Source: Mizuhopecten yessoensis (Eukaryota). From it: DNA of 64,000 nucleotides. This document shows, in pieces, positions 51,701 to 64,000 of this stretch (positions within the stretch are counted from its first letter, which is position 1; each line of letters begins with the position of its first letter). The position numbers and the translations under genes were made by a program. The stretch is from positions 388,530-452,529 of the forward strand of contig NW_018405730.1 in NCBI RefSeq assembly GCF_002113885.1. The letters are read 5' to 3'. The notes below the pieces were generated by a model. That model saw only the letters and a program-made list of their open reading frames with translations. It did no database searches and was not told the DNA's origin.

Positions 51701-53301
51701 AGTGACGGTTTACTTTTGTGATATTATCCTAACTGTTGTAGTGACGGATCACTTTTGTGATTATCCTAACTCTTGTCCTCAGTGTTGTAGTGACGGTTCA
51801 TTTTTGTGATTATCTTACCTGTTGTAGTGACGGTTCACTTTTATGATTATCTTAACTGTTGTAGTGACGGTTCACGTTTGTGATTATCCTAACTCTTGTC
51901 CTAAGAGTTGTTGTGACGGTTCACTTTTGTGATTAGTCTAACTGTTGTCCTAACTGTTGTAGTGACGGTTCACTTTTGTTATTATCCTAATTGCTGTAGT
52001 GACTGTTCACTTTTGTGATTATTCTAACTGTTTTAGTGACGATTCACTTTTTTGATTATCCTAACTGTTGTAGCGACGGTTCTCTTTTGTGGTTATCCTA
52101 GTTCTTGTCCTAGGTGTTGTAGTGACGGTTCACTTTTGTGATTATCCTTACTGTTGTAGTGACGGTTCACTTTTGTGATTATTCTAACTGTTTTCCTAAC
52201 TGTTGTAGTGACGGTTTACTTTTGTGATTATCCTAACTGTTGTAGAGACGGTTCACTTTTGTGATTATCCTAACTGATGTCCTAACTGTTGTAGTGACGG
52301 TTCACTTTTGGGATTATCCTAACTGTTGTCCTAAGTGTTGTAGTGACGGTGTTTTGTGATTATCCTAACTGTTGTAGTGACGGTTAACTTTTGTGATTAT
52401 CCTAACTGTTGTAGCGACGGGTCACTTTTGTGATTATCCTAACTGTTGTCCTAAGTGTTGTAGTGACGGTGTTTTGTGATTATCCTAACTGTTGTAGTGA
52501 TGGTTCACTTTTGTGATTATCCTAATTGCTGTAGTGACGGTTCGCTTTTGTGATTATCCTAACTGCTGTCCTAATTGTTGTAGTGACGATTCACTTTTGT
52601 GATTATCGTAATTGCTGTAGTGACGGTTCACTTTTCTGATTATCCTAACTCTTGTAGAGACGATTCACTTTTGTGATTATCCTAACTGTTGTAGTGACGG
52701 TTCACTTTTGTAATTATCCTAATTGTTGTAGCGACGGTTCACTTTTGTGATTCTCCTAACTGCTGTCCTAACTGTTGTAGTGACGGTTCACTTTTGTGAT
52801 TCTCCTAACTGCTGTCCTAACTGTTGTAGTGACGATTCACTTTTGTGATTATTCTAACTGTTTTCCTAACTGTTGTAGTGACGGTTTACTTTTGTGATAT
52901 TATCCTAACTGTTGTAGTGACGGTTAACTTTTGTGATTATCCTAACTGTTGTAGTGACGATTCTCTTTTGTGATTATCCTAATTGCTGTAGTGACGGTTC
53001 ACTTTTGTGATTATTCTAACTCTTGTCCTAACTGTTGTAGTGACGGTTCACTTTTGGGATTATCCTAACTGTTGTCCTAAGTGTTGTAGTGACGGTGTTT
53101 TGTGATTATCCTAACTGTTGTAGTGACGATTCTCTTTTGTGATTATCCTAATTGCTGTAGTGACGGTTCGCTTTTGTGATTATTCTAACTGTTTTCCTAA
53201 CTGTTGTAGTGACGGTTTACTTTTGTGATTATCCTAACTGTTGTAGTGACGGTTCACTTTTGTGATTATCCTAACTGTTGTCCTAAGTGTTGTAGTGACG
53301 G
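48750..53301. repeat. 37/49-bp complex minisatellite (4.5 kb) with internal copies of its left junction
   Basis: Unit CCTAACTGTTGTAGTGACGGTTCACTTTTGTGATTAT, with or without a 12-bp CCTAA(C/G)TGTTGT duplication. The junction segment occurs 6 times. Confidence 0.97.
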
Positions 53302-54456
53302 AATTAGAATTTACCTTAAAAATATCTATAAATACTTGTAATCACCTGACGGTTGTCATGACGGTTAAGTTTGTTTATCGTTTCTCACACTGGTAAAGTG
53401 TCCGAGTTCTGTATATCATCTCAATCCATGGTTGTCTTTCTGGTGGCTATTGGAACAAGTAAAGCTGCCTGTAGCTGGCTGAGATTAATGGCAACTCCTC
53501 AACGAAACGTAAGAGATGTTAATTAGTCGATGAAAATGTATGCATAAAACCCATCTAAAATTTAAGATAAAGAGTATAACTTGAATATTTTAGGGCAGAA
53601 CGTCACTCAACCGCATCATTATTATCGTATATGATCGCCCCAATCTCGAAGTTACAATGTAACTGCAAAAAGGACGCATTTCTGTATAGGGATCACACTT
53701 ATGCTTACTATCAACCGCATATATGCACGTATATTTCAACACACTTTAAGCAAAATAAAGTAACCGGCTGCCCCATATTTCCAAACTTTATATTTACTTT
53801 CTATCTAATTTAATTCAAGAACTCTTCTCGCCTGAACTATTTTAACACGGACGCGGTTGTCAATATATTGTGTGGATTGTAACAATTTATTGATTAGAAG
53901 AGGGTATGAATTACATATAAATGCTAGACCAAGAAGAAGTTTGATTTCTTGTCTGAATAAGCGAACAAAACACTGATAAATTACAAAGTACCTGAGTTGA
54001 TAAGTGTAGGAGTATTTTCGAACACACAATCTGTATTGTTTGTATACCTCTAGTTCGGAAATATGACAACACGATGCAACGATTGTTACAACATGTAGCT
54101 GTACCGTCTTGTACAAAAAAGAAAAATGAATTAATCTATGAGCTTTATAATAAATCATATTATGCTCCGCCGTTGCCGATTTTATTTATATTCTTATATG
54201 CCGTAAATGGAGCTGTTCATTGCATATTCCTATACCAGTGCCCTTATGATCTTTCGATATTTCTTTAATTTCATTAAACTAAGTATGTCAAAAAGATTTC
54301 ATGTATATTTTTATATCTAAAATTAAGGTCTGGACTTGAATGTACACTTATGTGGACGGACATCTCCAACATTCCATGATAGCATTGCCAATCTCAGTAA
54401 ATCATTAAAAGTAGGTACACCATGACAGAATTTTTACTTATCCTAAGCTTCCTTAA

Positions 54457-54538
54457 CTCATTCACCGCTGAAGACACATTTAAACTCTTCCAATTCAAAG
54501 GTTGGAATAGTTCATTATGAAACTTCAGGGTGAATGAT
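54457..54538. mobile_element. TTAA-flanked MITE (same family as 39700-39782, inverted)
   Basis: TTAA|CTCATTCACCGCTGAA...TTCAGGGTGAATGAT|TTAA. The internal sequence is the reverse complement of the 39700 copy. Confidence 0.8.
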
Positions 54539-56087
54539 TTAAAGATCACTGGCATTTTCGACTGCAATATGGCAGCTTTAGGAATGACAACCATAACTTA
54601 AAATGGTAGTTACAGATGATTTTTTTTGTACAATTTTGCTTTCTTTATTGTACGCTGTGCATATGTTTATGACGAAGCTTACCATAGAAAACTGATTTGA
54701 AAAACAATGACGTAACTGGAACGTGATTTTGTTGTAAAGAAATATTACACCAACACGTAAACAAATGTCGTTAGATAATATTGCCTCTTGGTTTTCAGTG
54801 TGCACAAACACAACTCCAGCTGGTGAAGGAGAACATGCATATTTTATTATTCATGATAAATTATATCATTGTATATATGTCACCAGCTGTCTCCATTCCA
54901 AACAGCTCTGAGGAAATATAAATAATACATGATAAAGGCCATTCACGAGTTACTTTGGTTCTATTTTAAATAGATATGCAAATCCAGGTGTTTCCTTTCC
55001 TTACTATTTCTTTCGAATATTCAGAATAAACAAGTAGAGCCATAACAAAATATTGTTTACATTTTAGTATTTGTTTGTGTATTTGTTTATTTTCCTGTAC
55101 GTCCTCGAAATACCTAAGGTCATATAAAGACAGTCATACAAACAAAGCATTTGTATCTGTTTTAGGTTCAGATTTTATTGTATTTCCCCAGAATATTTTA
55201 AGAGAGAACCTAGGGTGGGATAACCCGGATTATCTCTCTTACATCATGTAGCCTCACGCAGAAGGCCAAACAATGCATTTATCAGTAGATAAATATTGTG
55301 GCTAATCTCAGGTTTTGTAGAAAATGTACAGATACCAGAAATGCGTATAGACTACTATTATTATTTAACATGTGAGCTTATCACTAGATATACGATTTAA
55401 GGATGCAACTATTTTAGTTAGTCAATGAAAAAGCCAAACAACATAGACATTTTAATCCACGTTTAAACCACAAAACCATTTCATCTCTTTAGTAATCAGT
55501 GGTAGTAAAGGTCAAAGTAAAGGTCAAAGTGAAGGTTAAAGGTCAAATTGAAACAAGTCTAAATTGCTCCGGGAACATAATGAAGAAATAATACAAAAAG
55601 AGAAAGGTGCCTAAAATTACACATTTACAAGCAACAACGGGTAATTAATGATTGGAAAATACATTCTAACTACGACCAACATTGAAAGTATCTTTCCATT
55701 GTTTTCCATTGAAATGTGTAATTTGTGTCCAAAATGTATACCTCATATGTGTAGTAGCCGATACTTTATAGAATAAAGTGACGCTAAAAGCTTACCTTGG
55801 AAATGTAAAATCTAAATGTATGGTGTTCGATATATCCTGTTAAATAACGTTGGCAAATTACAAACATCTTAATGGTATCAGCAACATACATACCAGTAAG
55901 TAATAATATCTTGGCGACGGTAAAAACACCAACCTTCACAATGACAGTATTGTACATGGTTATATATATATATATAGGTAGAGAGGAGGTAAGGGATGGG
56001 TGTGTAGATTTAATTTCTGTCAATTTCCTGGGCTCATTTTATAGGATATGTTTGTAATATAAGAATATTACCACCAAGATAGCAATG

Positions 56088-56600
56088 GCACCAAGAGGCC
56101 CAAGAGGTATGTATCGTTCATCTATTATTTAGCTGTGTTGACAAAATGTATAGTTCATATTGAAAATAAAGTTATAAGAATATCTACAATAATTAATTAG
56201 GAATAGGGAAGTAAATTTTGTTGAAAATGAACACGAAAGACCTTCATCCCTTGGTCCGCGTTGGCCGAATGTTAAAGGGCGTCTACCCCTTTATACCACT
56301 AGGTCGCGGGTTAAGTGGGGGCAGTAACCAGCGTGCTAGTCGCAGGTCGGTACTTGTTCTCAGGGCACTCCGGTTTTCCTACACCACCAAAACATCTCAC
56401 GTTCGTAATAAGACGTACACGTGTAAAACACTTACGAACTCCCATCCTTTGAATTTCAGGCCGACTGATTCACTATAGTAGGCATCGTGGTTCTTGACAA
56501 GAAGTCATTTGAAGTTTTCGACTCATTTGACCTACATGTATGTGATCATGAATATCGGCAAAGGTCACTACTTATTGTAACAAAATGAATTCGCATCTTA
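56088..56600 (+). mobile_element. Degenerate Helentron-associated (HINE-like) fragment interrupted by a SINE
   Basis: CAAGAGGCCCAAGAGG...CGTTCATCT start resembles the ACAAGAGGCCC..GCTCACCTG ends of these elements. Core-like GTGGTTCTTGACAAGAAG...TTTGACCT. An AAGGTCA-rich fragment also lies at 55507-55548. Confidence 0.4.
56250..56420 (+). mobile_element. V-type tRNA-derived SINE (degenerate; same family as 14515-14703)
   Basis: GCGTTGGCCGAATGTTAA...CCACTAGGTCGCGGGTT...GGGGCAGT...GGTCGG...CTCAGGGCACTCCGGTTTTCCTACACCACCAAAAC. Confidence 0.72.
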
Positions 56601-57992
56601 TAACAGACACACGTTTTATTTGTAATTTTGTTTATTTCTTCCGTGTTATGTATCCTAAATAGAGAGAGAGAGAAGAAGAAGGTTTCCATCTAAGTAACAA
56701 ACCCCTTTGATTTGAACAATCTAGCCTTTCACTCCAGTGAACTGTACAAATCAAACATGTCCGCAGGCACTCCGGTCATTGATACCTTGTCCAGCTATCG
56801 CATTCCTTTCACTTTGTCAATATTAGCGTGGTCACTCTGAGGTTTTCGACAAGCTAACTATTCTAGTCTAGGATTATGTTGGAATGTTACAGATAACACA
56901 AAATAAGATATCATACCAATTTACACTACTTTGTTAAAGTATGGTTAGTTTAACGAAGAAATGTTATTTTGAAAGAAAAAATGGTGACCGGTTGAAGCTT
57001 TGTCGCTAACTTTACTGTATTGTATTCTTATTTCCCACAGAGAAATATAACACTTAGATCGATGTATATGAGTGATTATTTCACTAAAAGATATCCGGAG
57101 AAAATAAACATTTTTACAAAATAAGCAACTGGTACGAGGTGGAAAATAACACGTTGTCCCCGATATCGAAAGGCAAGCTATCACCTACCAGTATATCGAG
57201 GTCCAAATGCTTACAACGGATTTTATGGACATCAAAGCGACTACTAGTTTAACGACAATTCATTGGAGCAACATGTTTTGTCGAAAATATTACTAATTAT
57301 CAGATTTATCTGATAAATGTTTGAAATGTCTTGCCGTGTTTGCTTTCTAGAGGTGTATGGGTAGCAAATTGAAAATTACTGGGGCTTAATCTCGAATACA
57401 ACTACAAAAATTGCAAATATTTCAATTTCAGAACTGTTACGCTTCTTATATTCTTTAATGTATATCAAATAAAGCAACATAAAGGACTTTCTGGTATAGA
57501 GTTACTTACCCTTGCAATGTATTCATCCTTCATTTTGATACTTTATATTTGTTTATTGTTTATAATTCCCGAAAAGAAACATTCTTTTCCACTGACAAAG
57601 TCCCGAATTCTGTATTTTGTTTCTTGTATTATTTTTTTCGAAAACTGAAATTTTGAACAAATCCAAAAATGTGTTTAACGTAGAATAATGCTGTAGAAAA
57701 TGAATATAATAGTGCAGTGGAAATAATTGATGGTACTCTGATGAAGTTTAATAAAAAAAAAAAAAAAAAAAAACCACTGACTGGGGACAANAATATTAGA
57801 AAGTGTATCTAGTGACCTGAAATAGGACCACATTCCATTGTTTCCATGTACACTGTGTCACATTTCAACAATGACCGGTAACCTACATGTTTGTACGTTC
57901 AGGAGCATACAGAGACCATGAAAGTATGTAGGGCAATTTCGGGGGCAGTCAACATACGATTTCCTCGACGAATAGCTATATAAAATATAACT

Positions 57993-59318
57993 ATGGTCAT
58001 GTGTTCTGTAATGGCAGCCTTGGGGAATTATATCTTCACGCTTGTCATCTTAATTCTACCAACTGTGCAGGGTAAGCTTGATGGACAAGCGCAGATTGTC
58101 TACCAATGGAAGTCCCTTGATTACTCATGGCAAAACGACACTGCAAAGCAACAGTATATCACAGACAAGCGATTCATTGTGGAAAATAATATCATTACTG
58201 GAGTTAAAGTACTCGATGGAAGCGTTTACGTGACCGTGCCAAGATGGAAACCAGGCGTCCCATCGACGCTTAACAAAGTAATTATCAATCCGACAGATAC
58301 AAATGAGAATATTTTGGAGCCATTTCCTAATTGGAAAATGCAAACTTTGGGGGATTGTGACGCACTCCAATATGTCCAAAGCATGGAGATTGACCCCAAC
58401 ACTGGACACATGTGGATAATAGACTCTGGACGAATCAATAGACTAACTGACCAGCCACAAAACCTCTGTCCTGCTAAATTGGTTATCTACGACGTCCGAA
58501 ATGACCAGCTCGTTCACGTCCACGAGTTTCCCGACGCAGTTGTTTCCAGAGCGTCTAATTTTATGAACGACATTGTTCTTGATTACGTCAATGGTGTTGC
58601 CTCATTTGCATACATCACAGACACGGCTGATGCCAAACTGTATGTGTATGACTGCCAACGGAATACGTCGTATTTTTTCAAACATCCGTCCATGGGAATC
58701 GAACCCGGGACAGAGACAATTAATATTGGAGATAATCAAGTAATAACGAGCGCCACCATTGACGGAGTAGCAATGAGCTCCGATTTCCGGTTCCTGTACT
58801 ACTGCGCACTGAATGGCTACTCATTATATAGAGTTTCAACGGCATTGCTTAGAAATCAATCATCGATCTTGTCTGTTGAAACCGTTGGCCGAAAAATTGA
58901 CCTCACAGACGGGATGGTTTTCACTGATAAGGCTTTATATTTCGGAGGCTTGACCACGAATGCTCTTTATAAGTGGTCAACCAGTCGGGTCAAGTACAGT
59001 GCGTTTAATCAAGAAATGGTCATCTCCGATGAAACAAATCTACGCTGGGTGGACACTATTGCTGTTGATGACCGTCAGAATCTTTGGCTAGTTGCCAACG
59101 GATTGGACATGTTTGTGTCAAGAAGAAGAAACATTACAAAAACAAATATATTCATTTGGAAAATACCAGTAGGAGAGAACGGATACCTGTCTGCTGCAAT
59201 ATCACGAACAAGAGACAATATTTCAAAAGGAAATATGAAAAATGTAGCTTGTAATACAGTGTTATTGTCAGCGTTGACTTTATTCATCATTGTATCGTTT
59301 ATACTACAAAACAAATGA
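57993..59318 (+). CDS. Yellow / major royal jelly protein (MRJP) family protein; single coding exon, secreted or membrane-anchored beta-propeller
   Basis: 441-aa non-repetitive ORF with Yellow-family motifs YQWKSLDY, ENNIITGVK, VYVTVPRWKPGVPSTL, LEPFPNW, CDALQYVQSMEID, MWIIDSGR, CPAKLVIYD, NDIVLD, AYITD, DGVAMS..LYYCAL, DGMVF and WVDT. Signal peptide ends near TVQG|KL. Hydrophobic C-terminal tail. The start may instead be ATG 58011. Confidence 0.92.
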   Translation: MVMCSVMAALGNYIFTLVILILPTVQGKLDGQAQIVYQWKSLDYSWQNDTAKQQYITDKRFIVENNIITGVKVLDGSVYVTVPRWKPGVPSTLNKVIINPTDTNENILEPFPNWKMQTLGDCDALQYVQSMEIDPNTGHMWIIDSGRINRLTDQPQNLCPAKLVIYDVRNDQLVHVHEFPDAVVSRASNFMNDIVLDYVNGVASFAYITDTADAKLYVYDCQRNTSYFFKHPSMGIEPGTETINIGDNQVITSATIDGVAMSSDFRFLYYCALNGYSLYRVSTALLRNQSSILSVETVGRKIDLTDGMVFTDKALYFGGLTTNALYKWSTSRVKYSAFNQEMVISDETNLRWVDTIAVDDRQNLWLVANGLDMFVSRRRNITKTNIFIWKIPVGENGYLSAAISRTRDNISKGNMKNVACNTVLLSALTLFIIVSFILQNK

Positions 59319-59601
59319 TGTTACTTTTTATCTGTTAAATTGTATTTCCCGAATATACTGTTTAGTTGGTAATATTCGCGGGAGGTTAAATTTCTTTATA
59401 TTTGCGGTCAACAAAGATAGCACTAAGTTAAAAATTAAAATAGAAATATCATATCTTTCAAATGTTTTGTCTCACAAAATAAAGATGGATATCGTTTTGA
59501 AATTTATTTATTTATTTATTGATCTGATTGTTTATCGATTTTTAACATATATATAAATATGAGTTATAAATGATTGCAGGTCGAGATGGAATAAATAAGG
59601 T

Positions 59602-62600
59602 ACGTTTATGGGACGACTAACGTTTATGGGACGACTAACGTTCATGGGACGACTAATGTTTATAGGGCGACTAACGTTTATGGGACAACTAATGTTTATG
59701 GGACGACTAACATTCATGGAACGACTAATGTTTATGGACTAATGTTTATGGGACGACTAACGTTTATGGGACGACTAACGTTTATGGGACGACTAATGTT
59801 TATGGGACAACTAAAGTTTATGGGACGACTAACGTTTATGGGACAACTAATGTTTATGGGACAACTAATGTTTATGGGACGACTTATGTTTATGGGACAA
59901 CTAACGTTTATGGGACGACTAACGTTTATGGGACGACTAACGTTCATGGGACGACTAATGTTTATAGGGCGACTAACGTTTATGGGACAACTAATGTTTA
60001 TGGGACGACTAACGTTCATGGGACGACTAATGTTTATGGGACGACTAACGTTCATGGGACGATTAACGTTTATGGGACGACTAACGTTTCTGGGACGACT
60101 AATGTTTATAGGACGACTAATGTTTATGGGACGACTAACGTTCATGGGACGACTAACGTTTATGGGACTACGACTAATGTTTATGGGACAACTAATGTTT
60201 ATGGGATGACTAACGTTCATGGGACAACTAATGTTTATGGGACGACTAACGTTCACGGGACGACTAATAATTATGGGATGACTAACGTTTATGGGACGAC
60301 TTATGTTTATGGGACGACTAACGTTTATGGGACGACTAACGTTTATGGGATGACTAACGTTTATGGGACGACTTATGTTTATGGGTCGACTAACGTTTAT
60401 GGGACGACTAACGTTTATGGGATGACTAACGTTTATGGGACGACTTATGTTTATGGGACGACTAACGTTTATGGGACGACTAATGTTTATGGGACGACTA
60501 ACGTTTATGGGACAACTAATGTTAATGGGACGACTAACGTTTATGGGACGACTAATGTTTATGGGACGGCTAACGTTTATGGGACGACTAATGTTTATGG
60601 AACGACTTACGTTTATGGGACGACTAACGTTTATGGGACAACGACTAATGTTTATGGGACGACTAATGTTTATGGGACGACTAACGTTCATGGGACGACT
60701 AATGTTTATGGGACGACTTACGTTTATGGGACAACTAATGTTTATGGGACGGCTAACGTTTATGGGACGACTAATGTTTATGGGACGACTAACGTTTATG
60801 GGACAACTAATGTTAATGGGACGACTAACGTTTATGGGACGACTAATGTTTATGGAACGACTAACGTTTATGGGACGACTAACGTTTATGGGACGACAAC
60901 TAATGTTTATGGGACGACTAACGTTCATGGGACGATTTACGTTTATGGGACGACTAACGTTTCTGGGACGACTAATGTTTATAGGACGACTAATGTTTAT
61001 GGGACGACTAACATTCATGGGACGACTAACGTTTATGGGACGACTAATGTTTATGTGACGACTAACGTTCATGGGACGACTAATGTTTATGGGACGACTA
61101 TGTTTATGGGACGACTAATGTTTATGGGACGACTAACATTCATGGGACGACTAACGTTTATGGGACGACTAACGTTTATGGGACAACTAATGTTTATGGG
61201 ACGGCTAACGTTTATGGGAGGACTAATGTTTATGGGACGGCTAACGTTTATGGGAGGACTAATGTCTATGGGACGACGACTAATGTTTATGGGACGACTA
61301 ATGTTTATGGGACGACTTACGTTTATGGGACGACTAACGTTTATGGGACGACGACTAATGTTTATGGGACGACTAATGTTTATGGGACGACTAACGTTTA
61401 TGGGACAACTAATGTTTATGGGACGGCTAACGTTTATGGGAGGACTAATGTTTATGGGACGACTAACGTTTATGGGACGACTAATGTTCATGGGACGACT
61501 TATGTTTATGGGACAACTAATGTTTATTGGACGGCTAACGTTTATGGGAAGACTAATGATGATGGGACGACTAACGTTCAGGGGACGACTAACGTTCATG
61601 GGACCACTAATGTTTATGGGACGACGAACGTTCATGGGACGACTAATGTTGATGGGACGACTAACGTTTATGGGTAACGTTTATGGGACGACTAGCGTTT
61701 ATGGGACAACGACTAATGTTTATGGAACGGCTTACGTTTATGGGACGACTAACGTTCTGGGACGACTAATGTTTATGGGACGACTAACGTTCATGGGACG
61801 ACTAACGTTTATTGGACGACGACTAATGTTTATGGGACGTCTAACGTTCATGGGACGACTAATGTTTATTGGACGAAAAACGTTTATGGGGCGACGACTA
61901 ATGTTTATGGGACGACTAACGTTCATGGGACGACTAACGTTTATTGGACGACGACTAATGTTTATGGGACGACTAACGTTCATGGGACGACTAATGTTTA
62001 TGGGACGACTAACGTTCTGGGACGACTAATGTTCATGGGACGACTTATGTTTATGGGACGACTAATGTTTATGGGACGACTAACGTTTATGGGACAACGA
62101 CTAATGTTTATGGGACGACTAATGTTTATGGGACGTCTAACGTTCATGGGACGACTAATGTTTATTGGACGAAAAACGTTTATGGGACTACGACTAATGT
62201 TTATGGGACGACTAACGTTTATTGGACGACTAACGTTTATGGGACGACTAATGTATGGGACGACTAACGTTCATGGGACGATTAATGTTTATGGGACGCC
62301 TAACGTTTCTGGGACGACTAATGTTTATAGGACGACTAATGTTTATGGGACGACTAACGTTCATGGGACGACTAATGTTTATGGGACAACTAATGTTTAT
62401 AAATTTAAGTACTTTCACGGGACGACTTATAATTATGGGATGACTAACGTTTATGGGACGACTAATGTTTATGGGACGACTAACGTTTATGGGACGACTA
62501 ACGTTTATGGGACAACGACTAATGTTTATGGGACGACTAATGTTTATGGGACGACTAACGTTTATGGGACGACTAATGTTTATGGGACGACTAACGTTTA

Positions 62601-63710
62601 TGGGACGACTAATGTTTATGGGACGACTAACGTTTATGGGACGACTAATGTTTATGGGACGACTAACGTTCATGGGACGACTAACGTTTATGGGACGACT
62701 AACGTTTATGGGACGACTAATGTTTATGGGACGACTAACGTTTATTGGACGACTAACGTTTATGGGACGACTAATGTTTATGGAACGACTTACGTTTATG
62801 GGACGACTAACGTTTATGTGACGACTAACGTTCATGGGACGACTAATGTTTATGGGACAACTAATGTTTATGGGACGACTAACGTTTATGGGACGACTAA
62901 CGTTTATGGGACGACTAATGTTTATGGGACGACTAACGTTTATGGGACGACTAATGTTTATGGGACGACTAATGTTTATGGGACGACTAATGTTTATGGG
63001 ACGACTAATGTTTATGGGACGACTAATGTTTATGGGACGACTAACGTTTATGGGACGACTAATGTTTATGTGACGACTAACGTTCATGGGACGACTAATG
63101 TTTATGGGACGACTAACGTTTATGGGTCGACTAACGTTTATGGGACGACGACTAACGTTCATGGGACGACTAAGATTCATGGGACGACTAACGTTTATGG
63201 GACGACTAACGTTTATGGGACGACTAACGTTCATGGGACGACTAACGCTCATGGTCCGACTAACGTTTATGGGACGACTAACGTTCATGGGACGACTAAC
63301 GTTTATGGGACGACTTACGCTTATGGGACGAATAATGTTTATGGGACGACTAATGTTTATGGGACGACTAATGTTTATGGGACGACTTATGTTTATGGGA
63401 CGACTAACGTTTATGGGACGACTAATGCTGATCGGCCGACTAACGTTTATGGTACGACTTACGTTTATGGGACGACTAACGTTCATGGGACGACTAACGT
63501 TTATGGGACAACTGATGTTTATGGGACGACTAACGTTTATGGGACGACTAACGACTAACGTTTATGGGATGACTCATGTTTATGGGACGACTAACGTTGA
63601 TGGGACGACTAACGTTCATGGGACAACTAATGTTTATGGGACGACTAACGTTTATGGGACGACTAACGTTTATGGGACGACTTACGTTTATGGGACGACT
63701 GAGGTTCATA
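59602..63710. repeat. 18-bp tandem minisatellite (~225 units)
   Basis: Unit GTTTATGGGACGACTAA(C/T), with 21-bp variants from GAC slippage and occasional frameshifting indels. Confidence 0.97.
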
Positions 63711-64000
63711 ACATCATAACTGCACACAATATGCATCACAATCATTAAATGTGTTCATTAGTATTTGACTTTTGATGGTTGTGGTATCTGTCTGGGGATG
63801 TTCCTTTTCTTTAATCAATTTGCACGCTATATTGACTTTCTTTCAACACGGAAGCGCATTTTGACGGGAAGTGTTATAATAATTTCTATAATTGCAGGAG
63901 AAAACTCTTAATTGTAATTATAAGGAACCGTTTCTAATATCACTTCGAAAACTTACGGGGCAATTAACAATTGTGATCTCAGGTTTTGTTTTCATATTTC

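Noticed and set aside
48750-53301. CRISPR-like array (37-bp repeats with dyad symmetry)
   Set aside because: Repeats are head-to-tail without unique spacers, there are no cas genes, and the context is eukaryotic. The same applies to the 34- and 43-bp arrays.
55507-55548. Nuclear-receptor response element (AGGTCA repeats)
   Set aside because: AAGGTCA repeats are typical of abundant Helentron-type core repeats, and there is no independent regulatory evidence.
57749-57773. Poly(A) tract as evidence that the yellow-like gene is a retrocopy
   Set aside because: The A-run is upstream of the ORF on the sense strand. No 3' poly(A) or TSD is seen.
59732-63748. Long ORFs up to 607 aa (YGTTNV, MGRLTF and SRPINV repeats)
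   Set aside because: The unit length is a multiple of 3 and lacks stops in several frames on both strands. The peptide type switches at indels, so there is no sign of coding constraint.

Overview
This is AT-rich eukaryotic (invertebrate) draft-assembly DNA with two N-gaps. The SINE families (V-, Meta- and CORE-type), Helentron-like fragments and MITEs suggest a bivalve mollusc; this is an inference. Only one protein-coding gene is well supported: an intronless Yellow/major-royal-jelly-protein (MRJP) family gene at 57993-59318 (+), with a signal peptide and a C-terminal hydrophobic (GPI-like) tail. About a quarter of the window is unrelated minisatellite arrays (units of 43, 18, 60, 52, 34, ~53, 44, 37/49 and 18 bp), and most long ORFs in the track are artefacts of these arrays. 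The most notable structures are: (1) a complete 406-bp miniature LTR retroelement whose LTRs each carry a tRNA-like Pol III A/B-box module, with PBS, PPT and a 4-bp TSD; (2) four non-autonomous TIR elements with YR..YR ends and 9-bp TSDs (AcademH-like), two of them nested in other elements; (3) an exact 34-bp SINE piece captured inside a satellite; (4) a satellite that has re-copied its own left junction five times. No rRNA, CRISPR array or autonomous transposon ORF was found.
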